DNA from: Patescibacteria group bacterium
Lineage (GTDB): Bacteria > Patescibacteriota > Minisyncoccia > Phycocordibacterales > CSBR16-119
Direction of reading: 5' to 3'
DNA length: 64,000 nucleotides
NCBI GenBank assembly: GCA_030917865.1
Contig: JAUPTX010000001.1
Coordinates: 365 to 64,364 of the forward strand
Part shown: positions 9,418 to 16,976 of the stretch, piece by piece
Position numbering within the stretch: position 1 is the stretch's first letter
How the letters are laid out: the number at the start of each line of letters is the position of its first letter
Position numbers and translations under genes: made by a program
Notes under the pieces: generated by a model
Databases searched by the model: none
What the model was told of the DNA's origin: nothing
The model's input: only the letters and a program-made list of their open reading frames with translations

Positions 9418-9688
9418 ATTTTTTCTTGTCAATGTGGATATTAAAAAGGTGAAGTTTTTTGTTTGTGTAAATATTGTTTTTTATTTTTCTAAAGTATAGA
9501 ATAAGACTACGGTTATTACAGATTATTATCTAGACAAGTATTATACGGGAGCAGTATGTTGGAATGTTCTGTGGAATATTTCACTTCGCACCCACTTAGC
9601 GTAAGAGCTAGGATAATACATCTTAATAGCCGTAAAAAGAAACTCATTCCACTTTGTGGGGATGGGTTTTTTCTGTTTTTCTAGTAAA

Positions 9689-10135
9689 ATGTATATTGTA
9701 ATGATTAATTTAAGACACAAGTTTTTTAAGTCCTTTTCGGTTTGGCTATTTTTTGTTTTTATACTTAACTCTTTAGCAAATTTTTTCTTTTGGTATTCTT
9801 CGATAAAACAATTCGATATGTTGATGCATTTTTTGGGCGGTTTTACGGCATCTCTTTTTTCTTTTTGGTTTATATATAAAAAATGTATTTTATGGATTGA
9901 GTCTGGCAACGCTTCAAAACTCTTTAGAGTTCTGCTTTTGATGGTTATAGTTATCGCACTTCTGTGGGAGATAATGGAATTTTTAGTTCAAGATATTTTT
10001 GGCGTCACTGTTTTGGCAAATATTCCAGATTCTATGAGTGACCTACTGTTCGGTGCTTTGGGAGGAGTTTTTGGATATTTATATTTGATAAGAAAATATA
10101 AGAAAGAAAAAATAAAAGATCCTATAACAATATAA
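9689..10135 (+). CDS. Hypothetical polytopic membrane protein (start uncertain: 9656, 9662 or 9689)
   Basis: Several hydrophobic segments, for example FSVWLFFVFILNSLANFFFW and VLLLMVIVIALLWEIMEF. The stop lies 1 nt before the next gene. The overlapping minus-strand ORF looks like noise. Confidence 0.6.
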   Translation: MYIVMINLRHKFFKSFSVWLFFVFILNSLANFFFWYSSIKQFDMLMHFLGGFTASLFSFWFIYKKCILWIESGNASKLFRVLLLMVIVIALLWEIMEFLVQDIFGVTVLANIPDSMSDLLFGALGGVFGYLYLIRKYKKEKIKDPITI

Positions 10136-10136
10136 T

Positions 10137-11498
10137 ATGTCTAATTTAAAGATTAAATTTTGTGGAGGTGCTGGCTCTGTGACAGGAGCGAATTTTTTGA
10201 TATACGACGATAACATAAAAGTTCTGGTTGATTGTGGGCTAGAGCAGGGTAGTAAAATGGCAGAAACGACAAACTGGGAACCTTTCCCATACAATCCTAA
10301 AGAAATAGATTTTCTTTTGGTGACACATGCTCATACAGACCATATCGGCAGGATTCCAAAACTTATACATGATGGATTTTCTGGAAAAATAATCAGTACA
10401 CCAGCAACAAAAGACTTGTCACGGATAATGCTCGAAGACACTGCACGCATACTTTCAAATTCAGAAAGTGGAAAAAAGTTTGGCTTAGATGAAATTTATA
10501 GTGAGGAAGTTATCCAAAAAATATTTTCTATTTGGGATACAGAAGATTTACATAAAGAATTTTCTTTAAATTCTGATGTTAAAATTTACATGAAAGATTC
10601 CGGACATATTCTGGGTTCTAGTATGTTTATTATCGATTGGTCTGGAAAAAAGATTGTCTTCACTGGGGATTTAGGAAATTCTCCTTCTCCGCTTTTGCCT
10701 GATACAGAATATATAGATTCTGCGGATTATGTGATCATGGAAAGTGTTTATGGAGACAGAAATCATGAAGAAAGAAACGAAAGAAGAGAAAATTTAAAGA
10801 AGATTATGAATGAGAATCATAAAAAGTCTGGCATTTTGGTTGTACCGATATTTTCTTTAGAAAGAACCCAAGAGTTTTTGTATGAAATGAACGAATTAAT
10901 AGAAGGTGGAGAAGTTCCACATATGAGTGTTTATGTTGATTCTCCCTTAGCTATAAAAGTCACGGATATTTTTTATAAATATAAAAATCTTTTCAAAGAA
11001 TCTGTCAGAAACGATATTAAGAAAGGCGACGACATATTTAATTTCAAAGGTCTTCGCGAAACAGAAAAGACTAGCGATTCAAAGGCAATACTTAATTCTA
11101 AAAACCCTAAAATAATAATGGCCGGCTCCGGGATGTCTGCTGGTGGTAGAATAATGCACCATGAAAAAAATTATCTAGGTGATCCAAATGCAACAATTTT
11201 AATAACAGGTTTTCAAACGCCTGGCACTCCAGGGCGACTTCTTCTGGACGGTGCTAAAGAGATAAATATTTTTGATGAAACGGTTAAAATTAACGCGCAG
11301 ATTAAAATGATTAAAGGATATTCTGGGCACAGAGATTCGAACGGTCTTTTTGATTTTGTTTCAAATATTAAAGATGTTAAAAAAGTTTTTTTGGCGATGG
11401 GGGAACCACGAGTCGCAATGTTTTTCGCACAAAGGATAAATGATAATTTGCCAACAAAAGCAGTTGTTCCAGAAAAAGATCAAGAATTTATTCTATAG
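10137..11498 (+). CDS. MBL-fold beta-CASP family nuclease (CPSF/RNase J-related)
   Basis: Metallo-beta-lactamase motif LVTHAHTDHIGRIP, followed by later Asp/His motifs (DSGHILGS, GYSGHRD). Confidence 0.8.
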   Translation: MSNLKIKFCGGAGSVTGANFLIYDDNIKVLVDCGLEQGSKMAETTNWEPFPYNPKEIDFLLVTHAHTDHIGRIPKLIHDGFSGKIISTPATKDLSRIMLEDTARILSNSESGKKFGLDEIYSEEVIQKIFSIWDTEDLHKEFSLNSDVKIYMKDSGHILGSSMFIIDWSGKKIVFTGDLGNSPSPLLPDTEYIDSADYVIMESVYGDRNHEERNERRENLKKIMNENHKKSGILVVPIFSLERTQEFLYEMNELIEGGEVPHMSVYVDSPLAIKVTDIFYKYKNLFKESVRNDIKKGDDIFNFKGLRETEKTSDSKAILNSKNPKIIMAGSGMSAGGRIMHHEKNYLGDPNATILITGFQTPGTPGRLLLDGAKEINIFDETVKINAQIKMIKGYSGHRDSNGLFDFVSNIKDVKKVFLAMGEPRVAMFFAQRINDNLPTKAVVPEKDQEFIL

Positions 11499-11515
11499 TT
11501 TGTTATAATATTTTT

Positions 11516-12067
11516 ATGGAGAAGAAATCTAAATTTAAAATATGTGTAGCCGGAGCTGTGGAGACAAGCGCGTGCGGACTCGATTCTTTAGAGATGGCTA
11601 AGGAGATCGGTCGTGAGATTGCAAAATCCGGAAATGTTTTGATTACCGGCGCTGGAGCTGGGTTCCCAATGTGGGCTGCAGGTGGTGCCAAAGAAGAAGA
11701 TGGTGACACTCTCATGTTTTCTCCAGCCGGAAGTAAAAGAGAGCACAAAGAGGCATATAGACTTTCTGATAATGTTCACGATATTATAATCTACACAGGT
11801 TTTGGATACGTTGGCAGCGACCTTTTGATGACCAAGTCTTCAGACGCAGTGATAATTGGTTGCGGAAAGGTTGGCACTATACATGAATTCACGATGGCAT
11901 ACGAAGAAGGAAAACCAATCGGAGTTTTAGAGGGTCCGTGGGATACAGACGAAGTAATAAGAGCTATTGTTGGAGATAAAAAGAGAACAGACAAACCAAT
12001 AGTTTTTGATAGTGATCCTAAAAGGCTGGTTAAAAAAATAATAGAAATTATTTCTCATAGGCAATAA
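11516..12067 (+). CDS. TIGR00725-like / LOG-SLOG Rossmann-fold protein
   Basis: KICVAGAVETSAC ... NVLITGAGAGFPMWAAGGA ... AVIIGCGKVGTIHEF. The pattern resembles the LOG/DprA-like (SLOG) fold. Confidence 0.5.
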   Translation: MEKKSKFKICVAGAVETSACGLDSLEMAKEIGREIAKSGNVLITGAGAGFPMWAAGGAKEEDGDTLMFSPAGSKREHKEAYRLSDNVHDIIIYTGFGYVGSDLLMTKSSDAVIIGCGKVGTIHEFTMAYEEGKPIGVLEGPWDTDEVIRAIVGDKKRTDKPIVFDSDPKRLVKKIIEIISHRQ

Positions 12068-12090
12068 ATTATCATTATAAAAATAACAAA

Positions 12091-13017
12091 ATGAATAAAC
12101 TTTTCACAAAAAATAGACTAATCGCAGGGGTGGTTGGGCTTATGGCCATAGTTTCTGTTGTAAACACTCAAGCTATTATAAAGCTTAGTTCTCGGGGTGT
12201 TGCCGGGGAAGATCAGTCCGCGCAAATTTTTAATACTAGTCTTAGTAATTGCATAAGTCTTTCAAGTGCACCATATAAGCACACAAATTTTATTAATCCT
12301 GCGGGAGATCTAGAAGACTATAATGGTCTTTCTAGAAATTCTTTTATTATAGGTATTAACATAAGAAATACCTGTAATAGAGACATTTATATTGTAAAAG
12401 ATAGCTTTGTGTTTCCTGCGGGGACTGGTTCATACGCGTCTTTAGAATTTCAAGACTTTAACAGACCAAACCAATCAACACTTCTTTCTGGATATTCTAT
12501 GAATGGTCCATTTAAATCAAACCTTAACGATATTTGGGGTTATTTGGGTCACGATATGATAATACCTGTGGGTAATTTAAATGGTGTTCAGCCTACCGGT
12601 GACGGAGAGATGAAGCTGACAAAAATACAGGCAAACACAACCAAAAGCTTTGCTTTTTCTGGTACCGGAAATGCTAGTACGGTTTCGACCCCTCATCACA
12701 CAAGACTTTCTGTCAAAAGTATAAGATGGTTTTTGGCTCAGTCATATAACGACAATATTTTAAGTTCTAATGAAATGCGAGTTTATAATTTAACTCCTAC
12801 AGAGATTGAAAAGTTTTCTTCTGGATATACTAGGTTTGATGGGGTAAGTGCGCCTTCGGGTGGGGAAGATTGCGTACCAGGAACATTAATTGGTTATGAT
12901 AAAAATGGAAATCCTATATTCTGTGATGAAGGTAATGGAGGGGGTGATTCAGACTGTATCCCAGGAATATTAATTGGATATAACAAAGACGGTTCTCCTA
13001 TTTATTGTCCAGAGTAA
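12091..13017 (+). CDS. Secreted/surface hypothetical protein with a duplicated C-terminal Cys motif
   Basis: N-terminal signal/anchor LIAGVVGLMAIVSVVNTQA. The C-terminus carries DCVPGTLIGYDKNGNPIFC and DCIPGILIGYNKDGSPIYC. Confidence 0.6.
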   Translation: MNKLFTKNRLIAGVVGLMAIVSVVNTQAIIKLSSRGVAGEDQSAQIFNTSLSNCISLSSAPYKHTNFINPAGDLEDYNGLSRNSFIIGINIRNTCNRDIYIVKDSFVFPAGTGSYASLEFQDFNRPNQSTLLSGYSMNGPFKSNLNDIWGYLGHDMIIPVGNLNGVQPTGDGEMKLTKIQANTTKSFAFSGTGNASTVSTPHHTRLSVKSIRWFLAQSYNDNILSSNEMRVYNLTPTEIEKFSSGYTRFDGVSAPSGGEDCVPGTLIGYDKNGNPIFCDEGNGGGDSDCIPGILIGYNKDGSPIYCPE

Positions 13018-13022
13018 TACTA

Positions 13023-13068
13023 AATAACAAATCAAAAAGCCCCGTTTGGGGCTTTTTGATTTGTTATT
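13023..13068. terminator. Bidirectional terminator with a 21-bp perfect stem
   Basis: AATAACAAATCAAAAAGCCCC-GTTT-GGGGCTTTTTGATTTGTTATT, lying between convergent genes. Confidence 0.85.
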
Positions 13069-13411
13069 ATTTAACTTGATTAAATATTCTTTCGAAACTT
13101 TCTGGGTTTTTCTCAGCGATTGTTGCTAGGATTTTTCTATCAACTTCGATGTTCTTTTTCTTAAGACCTTCGATGAATCTAGAATATGTCATTCCCATTG
13201 CTCTTACTGCGGCGTTGATTCTTACTTGCCATAGTCTTCTTCTGTCAGCTTTCTTATCTTTTCTGTGAGCGAAAGCATGTTGACCAGCCTTTGCAATAGC
13301 TTCACTAGCCATTGCTTCTTTTTTGCTTCGTCCAAATCTGTAGCCTTTAACTTGAGCTAGTACATTCTTTCTTTTTTTATTTTTTATTACACCTCTTTTT
13401 ACTCTTGTCAT
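13067..13411 (-). CDS. rplT: 50S ribosomal protein L20
   Basis: N-terminus [29 protein letters not shown] is L20-like, and the gene sits in infC-rpmI-rplT order. Confidence 0.95.
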   Translation of the reverse strand: MTRVKRGVIKNKKRKNVLAQVKGYRFGRSKKEAMASEAIAKAGQHAFAHRKDKKADRRRLWQVRINAAVRAMGMTYSRFIEGLKKKNIEVDRKILATIAEKNPESFERIFNQVK

Positions 13412-13435
13412 ATTTGCGCTTTTAGTCTATTAAAA

Positions 13436-13660
13436 TTATTTTGATTCTACAGCTTTTGGCTTTCTAACTCTTGTATTGTGGAAAGGTAGGAATCGAGCTT
13501 TGTCTTTTGCAGTCATTACGAAATCAACAGCAACTTTTCCTTCTAGTTGATGTGTTCTTGATTGTCTTGAATTAAAGTGGTTAAAACCAGGCTTTCTAAC
13601 TTTAAGCTTTCCTGATTTTGTCACTTTTATTCTTTTAGTTAATGATTTATTTGTTTTCAT
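13436..13660 (-). CDS. rpmI: 50S ribosomal protein L35
   Basis: MKTNKSLTKRIKVTKSGKLKVRKPG is L35-like, and the gene lies between infC and rplT. Confidence 0.9.
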   Translation of the reverse strand: MKTNKSLTKRIKVTKSGKLKVRKPGFNHFNSRQSRTHQLEGKVAVDFVMTAKDKARFLPFHNTRVRKPKAVESK

Positions 13661-14180
13661 CTTTTTTCTTAATATTATCTCTCTCGATTGTTACCATAAC
13701 ACCTCGAGGACTTTGTTTTAATGGTTCTGAAATCTTATATTTTTCAGTGATCAGCTTTAAAACTCGCTCTAATCTTTCTTGTTTGAATGTGTTGTCTGTA
13801 AATTTTGTTCTACCTACGAGATATAGCTCCACCTTTATTCTATGACCTTCTTTTAGCCATTCCGAAGCTTTTTTGGCTTTCATTTGAAGATCACCTTCAC
13901 CAGTACCGACTTTAATCTGTATGGATTTGGTTTCTGTCGTATGAGCCTTTGATTTTATCTCTTTAGCTTTTTTATTTTGTTCGTACTGAAATTTACCATA
14001 ATCCATTATTTTTGCAATAGGGGGATTGGTTTTGTCAGAAATTTCAATCAAATCAAGGCCTCTTTCTTTGGCCATTGTCATTGCTTCTCGAGTTTTGACG
14101 ACCCCTAAATTATCGCCAGTGACGCCGTCTAAAAGGCGTACCTCAGAAGCTCTTATTTGATTGTTAATTCTATATTCCAA
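13647..14180 (-). CDS. infC: Translation initiation factor IF-3 (TTG start)
   Basis: INNQIRASEVRLLDG ... AKERGLDLIEIS is IF-3-like. The start codon reads TTG, and the ORF overlaps rpmI by 14 nt. Confidence 0.93.
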   Translation of the reverse strand: MEYRINNQIRASEVRLLDGVTGDNLGVVKTREAMTMAKERGLDLIEISDKTNPPIAKIMDYGKFQYEQNKKAKEIKSKAHTTETKSIQIKVGTGEGDLQMKAKKASEWLKEGHRIKVELYLVGRTKFTDNTFKQERLERVLKLITEKYKISEPLKQSPRGVMVTIERDNIKKKDENK

Positions 14181-14261
14181 TTTCTATTGTAAAACGTTAT
14201 GATGTTTTTGAATTCTATCGTAATATGTGTTATAAGTCAATGCCTTAGAGGCTTTTTGTAT

Positions 14262-14987
14262 ATGATTCCAAGATACGTAAAAACCTATAAAAAAATAGGG
14301 GAAACACCGCTAGAAGCTTTAAAAAGGCTTTCTTTGGAAATGCCTGAAATTAAGGACTTGTCTATGACCTACGCTGGCAGACTCGATCCTTTGGCCGAAG
14401 GCGAGCTTTTGGTGCTTTTGGGTGAAGAATGCAAGAAAAAAGACGAATATTTAGGGCTTGATAAAGAATATGAGTTTGAAATGCTTTTCGGGTTTAAGAC
14501 AGATAGTTATGATCTTTTAGGTGTTGCAGAAAAGTTTGATTTTAACAAACAAGATGTTTTAAATAATTTAGAAAAAGAGATTATTTCTCGTATTGGGAAG
14601 TTTTCTCAAAAATATCCTCCTTTTTCTTCAAAGACAGTTGGTGGTGTGCCGCTTTTCCAAAAAACCAAGAACGGAGAAGATTATGACGCCCCAGAAAAAG
14701 ATGTAGAAATTTACAAAGCAGGGTTTTTGGGTTTTAAAGAAATAAAAGGCGAAAATCTTTTATCGTTAATTAAAGAAAAGATGTTTTTAGTGTCTGGAGA
14801 TTTTAGACAAGAAGAGATAGTTAAAAAATGGGAAAATATTTTAAGCGGCGAAGAAGAGAAATATTTTTTAATTGCCAAAGCAATAATACACTGTTCTTCT
14901 GGCACTTATGTTCGGTCTTTTGTAAATGATTTGTCTTTTCCAGCTACAACTTTTTCTATAAATAGAACTAAAATATTTGGTGTTTAG
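14262..14987 (+). CDS. truB: tRNA pseudouridine synthase, TruB family
   Basis: Catalytic-Asp motif YAGRLDPLAEGELLVLLGE, then TDSYDLLG and CSSGTYVRS. The ATG at 14262 is preferred over 14199. Confidence 0.8.
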   Translation: MIPRYVKTYKKIGETPLEALKRLSLEMPEIKDLSMTYAGRLDPLAEGELLVLLGEECKKKDEYLGLDKEYEFEMLFGFKTDSYDLLGVAEKFDFNKQDVLNNLEKEIISRIGKFSQKYPPFSSKTVGGVPLFQKTKNGEDYDAPEKDVEIYKAGFLGFKEIKGENLLSLIKEKMFLVSGDFRQEEIVKKWENILSGEEEKYFLIAKAIIHCSSGTYVRSFVNDLSFPATTFSINRTKIFGV

Positions 14988-15000
14988 CTCTAAATGAAAA

Positions 15001-15029
15001 ACCCCGCGGTGCCCTTAGGGCGCCGCGGG
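15001..15029. terminator. GC-rich bidirectional hairpin
   Basis: CCCCGCGGTGCCC-TTA-GGGCGCCGCGGGG, lying between convergent genes. Confidence 0.8.
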
Positions 15030-15036
15030 GGAGAGT

Positions 15037-15465
15037 TCACTGCGCGAGCTCTCTGATATTGTCTTCGAGTATTCTGATGTGCTCTCTGATCTTTTCTCGA
15101 AGCCTTTCTCGAAGGTCTTCAACCATTTTTTCAACGTCTGCGTCTTGTGCCTCTTTGGCCTTTATCAGTTCCACTATCTCAAACACTGTCATGTCTGCAA
15201 ATAGTACATCTGGGTTTTCTAGGGCTACTTGCCAACGTAGAATTCCAGCCCTGGCGAAATTGATATAGTCTTCTGCTAACTCTCTTCCGTTTGATTCTTT
15301 ATTTAGAATTCTCTTTAAGGTGCTTATGAAAACACTATCCATTTTACTCTGCTTCGCTTCTAGCTCTTTGTACTTTTTAAATGACCTGTACAGCGTGGAG
15401 TCCGCCTGAGCAAAAGAGGATTCGAATGCAAGGATCAGAAGGGTGGTGATGATCAAAGTTCTCAT
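15037..15465 (-). CDS. Secreted hypothetical helical protein (G+C-rich orphan)
   Basis: Signal peptide MRTLIITTLLILAFESSFAQA. The rest is charged and helical. G+C is visibly higher than in the flanks. Confidence 0.6.
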   Translation of the reverse strand: MRTLIITTLLILAFESSFAQADSTLYRSFKKYKELEAKQSKMDSVFISTLKRILNKESNGRELAEDYINFARAGILRWQVALENPDVLFADMTVFEIVELIKAKEAQDADVEKMVEDLRERLREKIREHIRILEDNIRELAQ

Positions 15466-15517
15466 GGTAGGTATTTTTTATTATTAAACACTTAAAATGG
15501 TTAATTAACAAGTAGTA

Positions 15518-15546
15518 TTGACATTATTACTTAAATAAATCATAAT
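15518..15546 (+). promoter_or_regulatory. Near-consensus sigma70-type promoter for the small-ORF pair
   Basis: TTGACA, a 17-nt spacer, then CATAAT. It lies 36 nt upstream of the ATG at 15582. Confidence 0.5.
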
Positions 15547-15581
15547 CACTCTCCTAAACCGGTTCTTTAACTTAGCTGAGC

Positions 15582-15740
15582 ATGAAAAAACACGCACAAG
15601 AATTTCTTGAGAATATTGGCGAGTATTTTGCCAATATCGGTCCTGTGGGGCAAATAGCCATTGTTGCAGCGTCAATGTTGTTCGTCGTAGCAGTCGCCCA
15701 TAGGCTATTGGTTGCTGCCGGATTTAAAACCAAGAAGTGA
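15582..15740 (+). CDS. Small single-pass membrane protein (52 aa; below the ORF-track cutoff)
   Basis: ATG..TGA reads MKKHAQEFLENIGEYFANIGPVGQIAIVAASMLFVVAVAHRLLVAAGFKTKK. The stop overlaps the next start (TGATG). Confidence 0.45.
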   Translation: MKKHAQEFLENIGEYFANIGPVGQIAIVAASMLFVVAVAHRLLVAAGFKTKK

Positions 15741-15922
15741 TGGGAGCCCCAATCTTGTACCCTAAACCAGTGGAGGTGTCGGAAGGTTCAATGGTGATTG
15801 TCTATCCAGAACCACAAACACCTGATCTTGAGGAGTGTCGTCTGGAAGACGAGAAGCTCAATGCGAAGTGCAAGGGAGTGGGCGAGTGCCCAGTTATCAA
15901 GGAGATGCGGCGTGGTATTTAG
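15740..15922 (+). CDS. Small Cys-containing hypothetical protein (60 aa)
   Basis: Its start is coupled to the upstream ORF. It contains a C-x11-C-x5-C pattern and is followed by a terminator. Confidence 0.4.
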   Translation: MGAPILYPKPVEVSEGSMVIVYPEPQTPDLEECRLEDEKLNAKCKGVGECPVIKEMRRGI

Positions 15923-15934
15923 ATGCCACCCAAG

Positions 15935-15960
15935 AAGCCCGGCCAAGCGCCGGGCTTTTC
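15935..15960 (+). terminator. Rho-independent terminator
   Basis: GCCCGGC..GCCGGGC hairpin followed by TTTTCCTTTTT. Confidence 0.75.
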
Positions 15961-16005
15961 CTTTTTATATTATGGTGATTGGAATCGGTCACAAATATTT
16001 TTCTC

Positions 16006-16033
16006 AAAAAAAACAAAAGCGCCGGAAGGCGCT
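16006..16033 (-). terminator. Terminator downstream of ssrA
   Basis: AGCGCC-GGAA-GGCGCT stem, followed on the minus strand by TTTTGTTTTTTTT. Confidence 0.75.
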
Positions 16034-16047
16034 AATGTTTTTAAGAG

Positions 16048-16419
16048 TGGAGATGGGGGGAATCGAACCCCCGTGTAAATGAGTTTTTAATAAAGGTCTA
16101 CATGTTTAGAATGTTTTTTGTTTTAAACTTATAACCTATTAAACAAACAAAACGATTATAAGTCGATCTCTTGATTTTAATCCGCTGGTCGAGAATTCCA
16201 GAAGCTTATTCCGATTTTATGATACCAATTTCGCCCTATCGGAAATCGAGCAAATTGGCACTAGCATTAAATATTTATGCTAGAGCAAAACCTCTCACTT
16301 GAAATGGAGATTTTACTAGTCCGTTAGATTTTGCATCTAAGGTTTTAGAAAGTTTTACGAGTTATCAAGCTCGACATGCGTTTATTAAAAATTTTCAAAT
16401 ATCAAGACCAATCATCCCC
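16048..16419 (-). ncRNA. ssrA: tmRNA (one-piece); predicted tag AKSNGLVKSPFQVRGFALA
   Basis: The 5' GGGGATG pairs with the 3' CATCTCC-A and includes a G3.U wobble. The T-arm is GGGGG-TTCGATT-CCCCC. GCATGTCGAG...CTCGTAAAA precedes the reading frame GCA...GCT CTA GCA TAA (16334 down to 16275). CCA is not encoded. Confidence 0.9.
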
Positions 16420-16459
16420 TAAGATGCGACGATAGTTTCATCGACTCGTAGGGAAGGAC

Positions 16460-16903
16460 TTAGTTTTTAAGTCTTCTTCCAATTTCTCTTTCAATATCTC
16501 TTTTCTTTATACTTTGACGCTTGTCGACGGTTTTCTTACCGCGTGCCAAAGCTATGTCTATTTTTATGTATCTACTTTTATTATACAACGAAATAGGCAC
16601 TATTGTCAAGTTAGCTTCTTGAACTCTTTTTTTAAGTTCTAATACCTCTTTTTTATTTAAAAGTATTTTTCTTTCCCTGTATGGGTTGTAATCTTCTGGA
16701 GTATTTTTGGGTTGATATGGAGGTATATGTGCACCCACTAAGAAAACTTCATCCCCTTTAACTTTTATATATGCTTCGTTTATAGAACCTTTGCCTTCTT
16801 TAATACTTTTAACCTCAAAACCAAATAGAGAAATACCTCCAGTGTATTTATCCAGGATTTCATAATTAAAACTCGCTTTTCTGTTGTTTTGAGTTGTTTT
16901 CAT
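16460..16903 (-). CDS. smpB: SsrA-binding protein SmpB
   Basis: NRKASFNYEILDKYTGGISLFGFEVKSIK is SmpB-like. The gene lies 40 nt upstream of ssrA. Confidence 0.92.
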   Translation of the reverse strand: MKTTQNNRKASFNYEILDKYTGGISLFGFEVKSIKEGKGSINEAYIKVKGDEVFLVGAHIPPYQPKNTPEDYNPYRERKILLNKKEVLELKKRVQEANLTIVPISLYNKSRYIKIDIALARGKKTVDKRQSIKKRDIEREIGRRLKN

Positions 16904-16919
16904 TTGGTATTTATATTAT

Positions 16920-16942
16920 TGTCATTATATTGTATAATGACA
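16920..16942. promoter_or_regulatory. Perfect 10-3-10 palindrome in the smpB/ftsH divergent promoter region
   Basis: TGTCATTATA-TTG-TATAATGACA. It includes a TATAAT -10 element in both orientations. Confidence 0.4.
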
Positions 16943-16976
16943 CGACAATTAAGCCAAAATTTGGCAAATAAATCAA

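Noticed and set aside
9541-9909. 122-aa minus-strand ORF
   Set aside because: It overlaps the plus-strand polytopic membrane ORF, which is tightly coupled to the next gene. Its sequence is low-complexity and Lys/Ile-rich, typical of an AT-rich antisense frame.
11503-11994. Several minus-strand ORFs (81, 63 and 67 aa)
   Set aside because: All are antisense to the TIGR00725-like gene, in a locally G+C-richer stretch, and none has an independent signal.
15798-16082. 94-aa plus-strand ORF
   Set aside because: Its 3' part runs antisense through the tmRNA T-arm and acceptor, and its 5' part overlaps the 15740-15922 ORF. It is an artefact of the G+C-rich region and the RNA gene.
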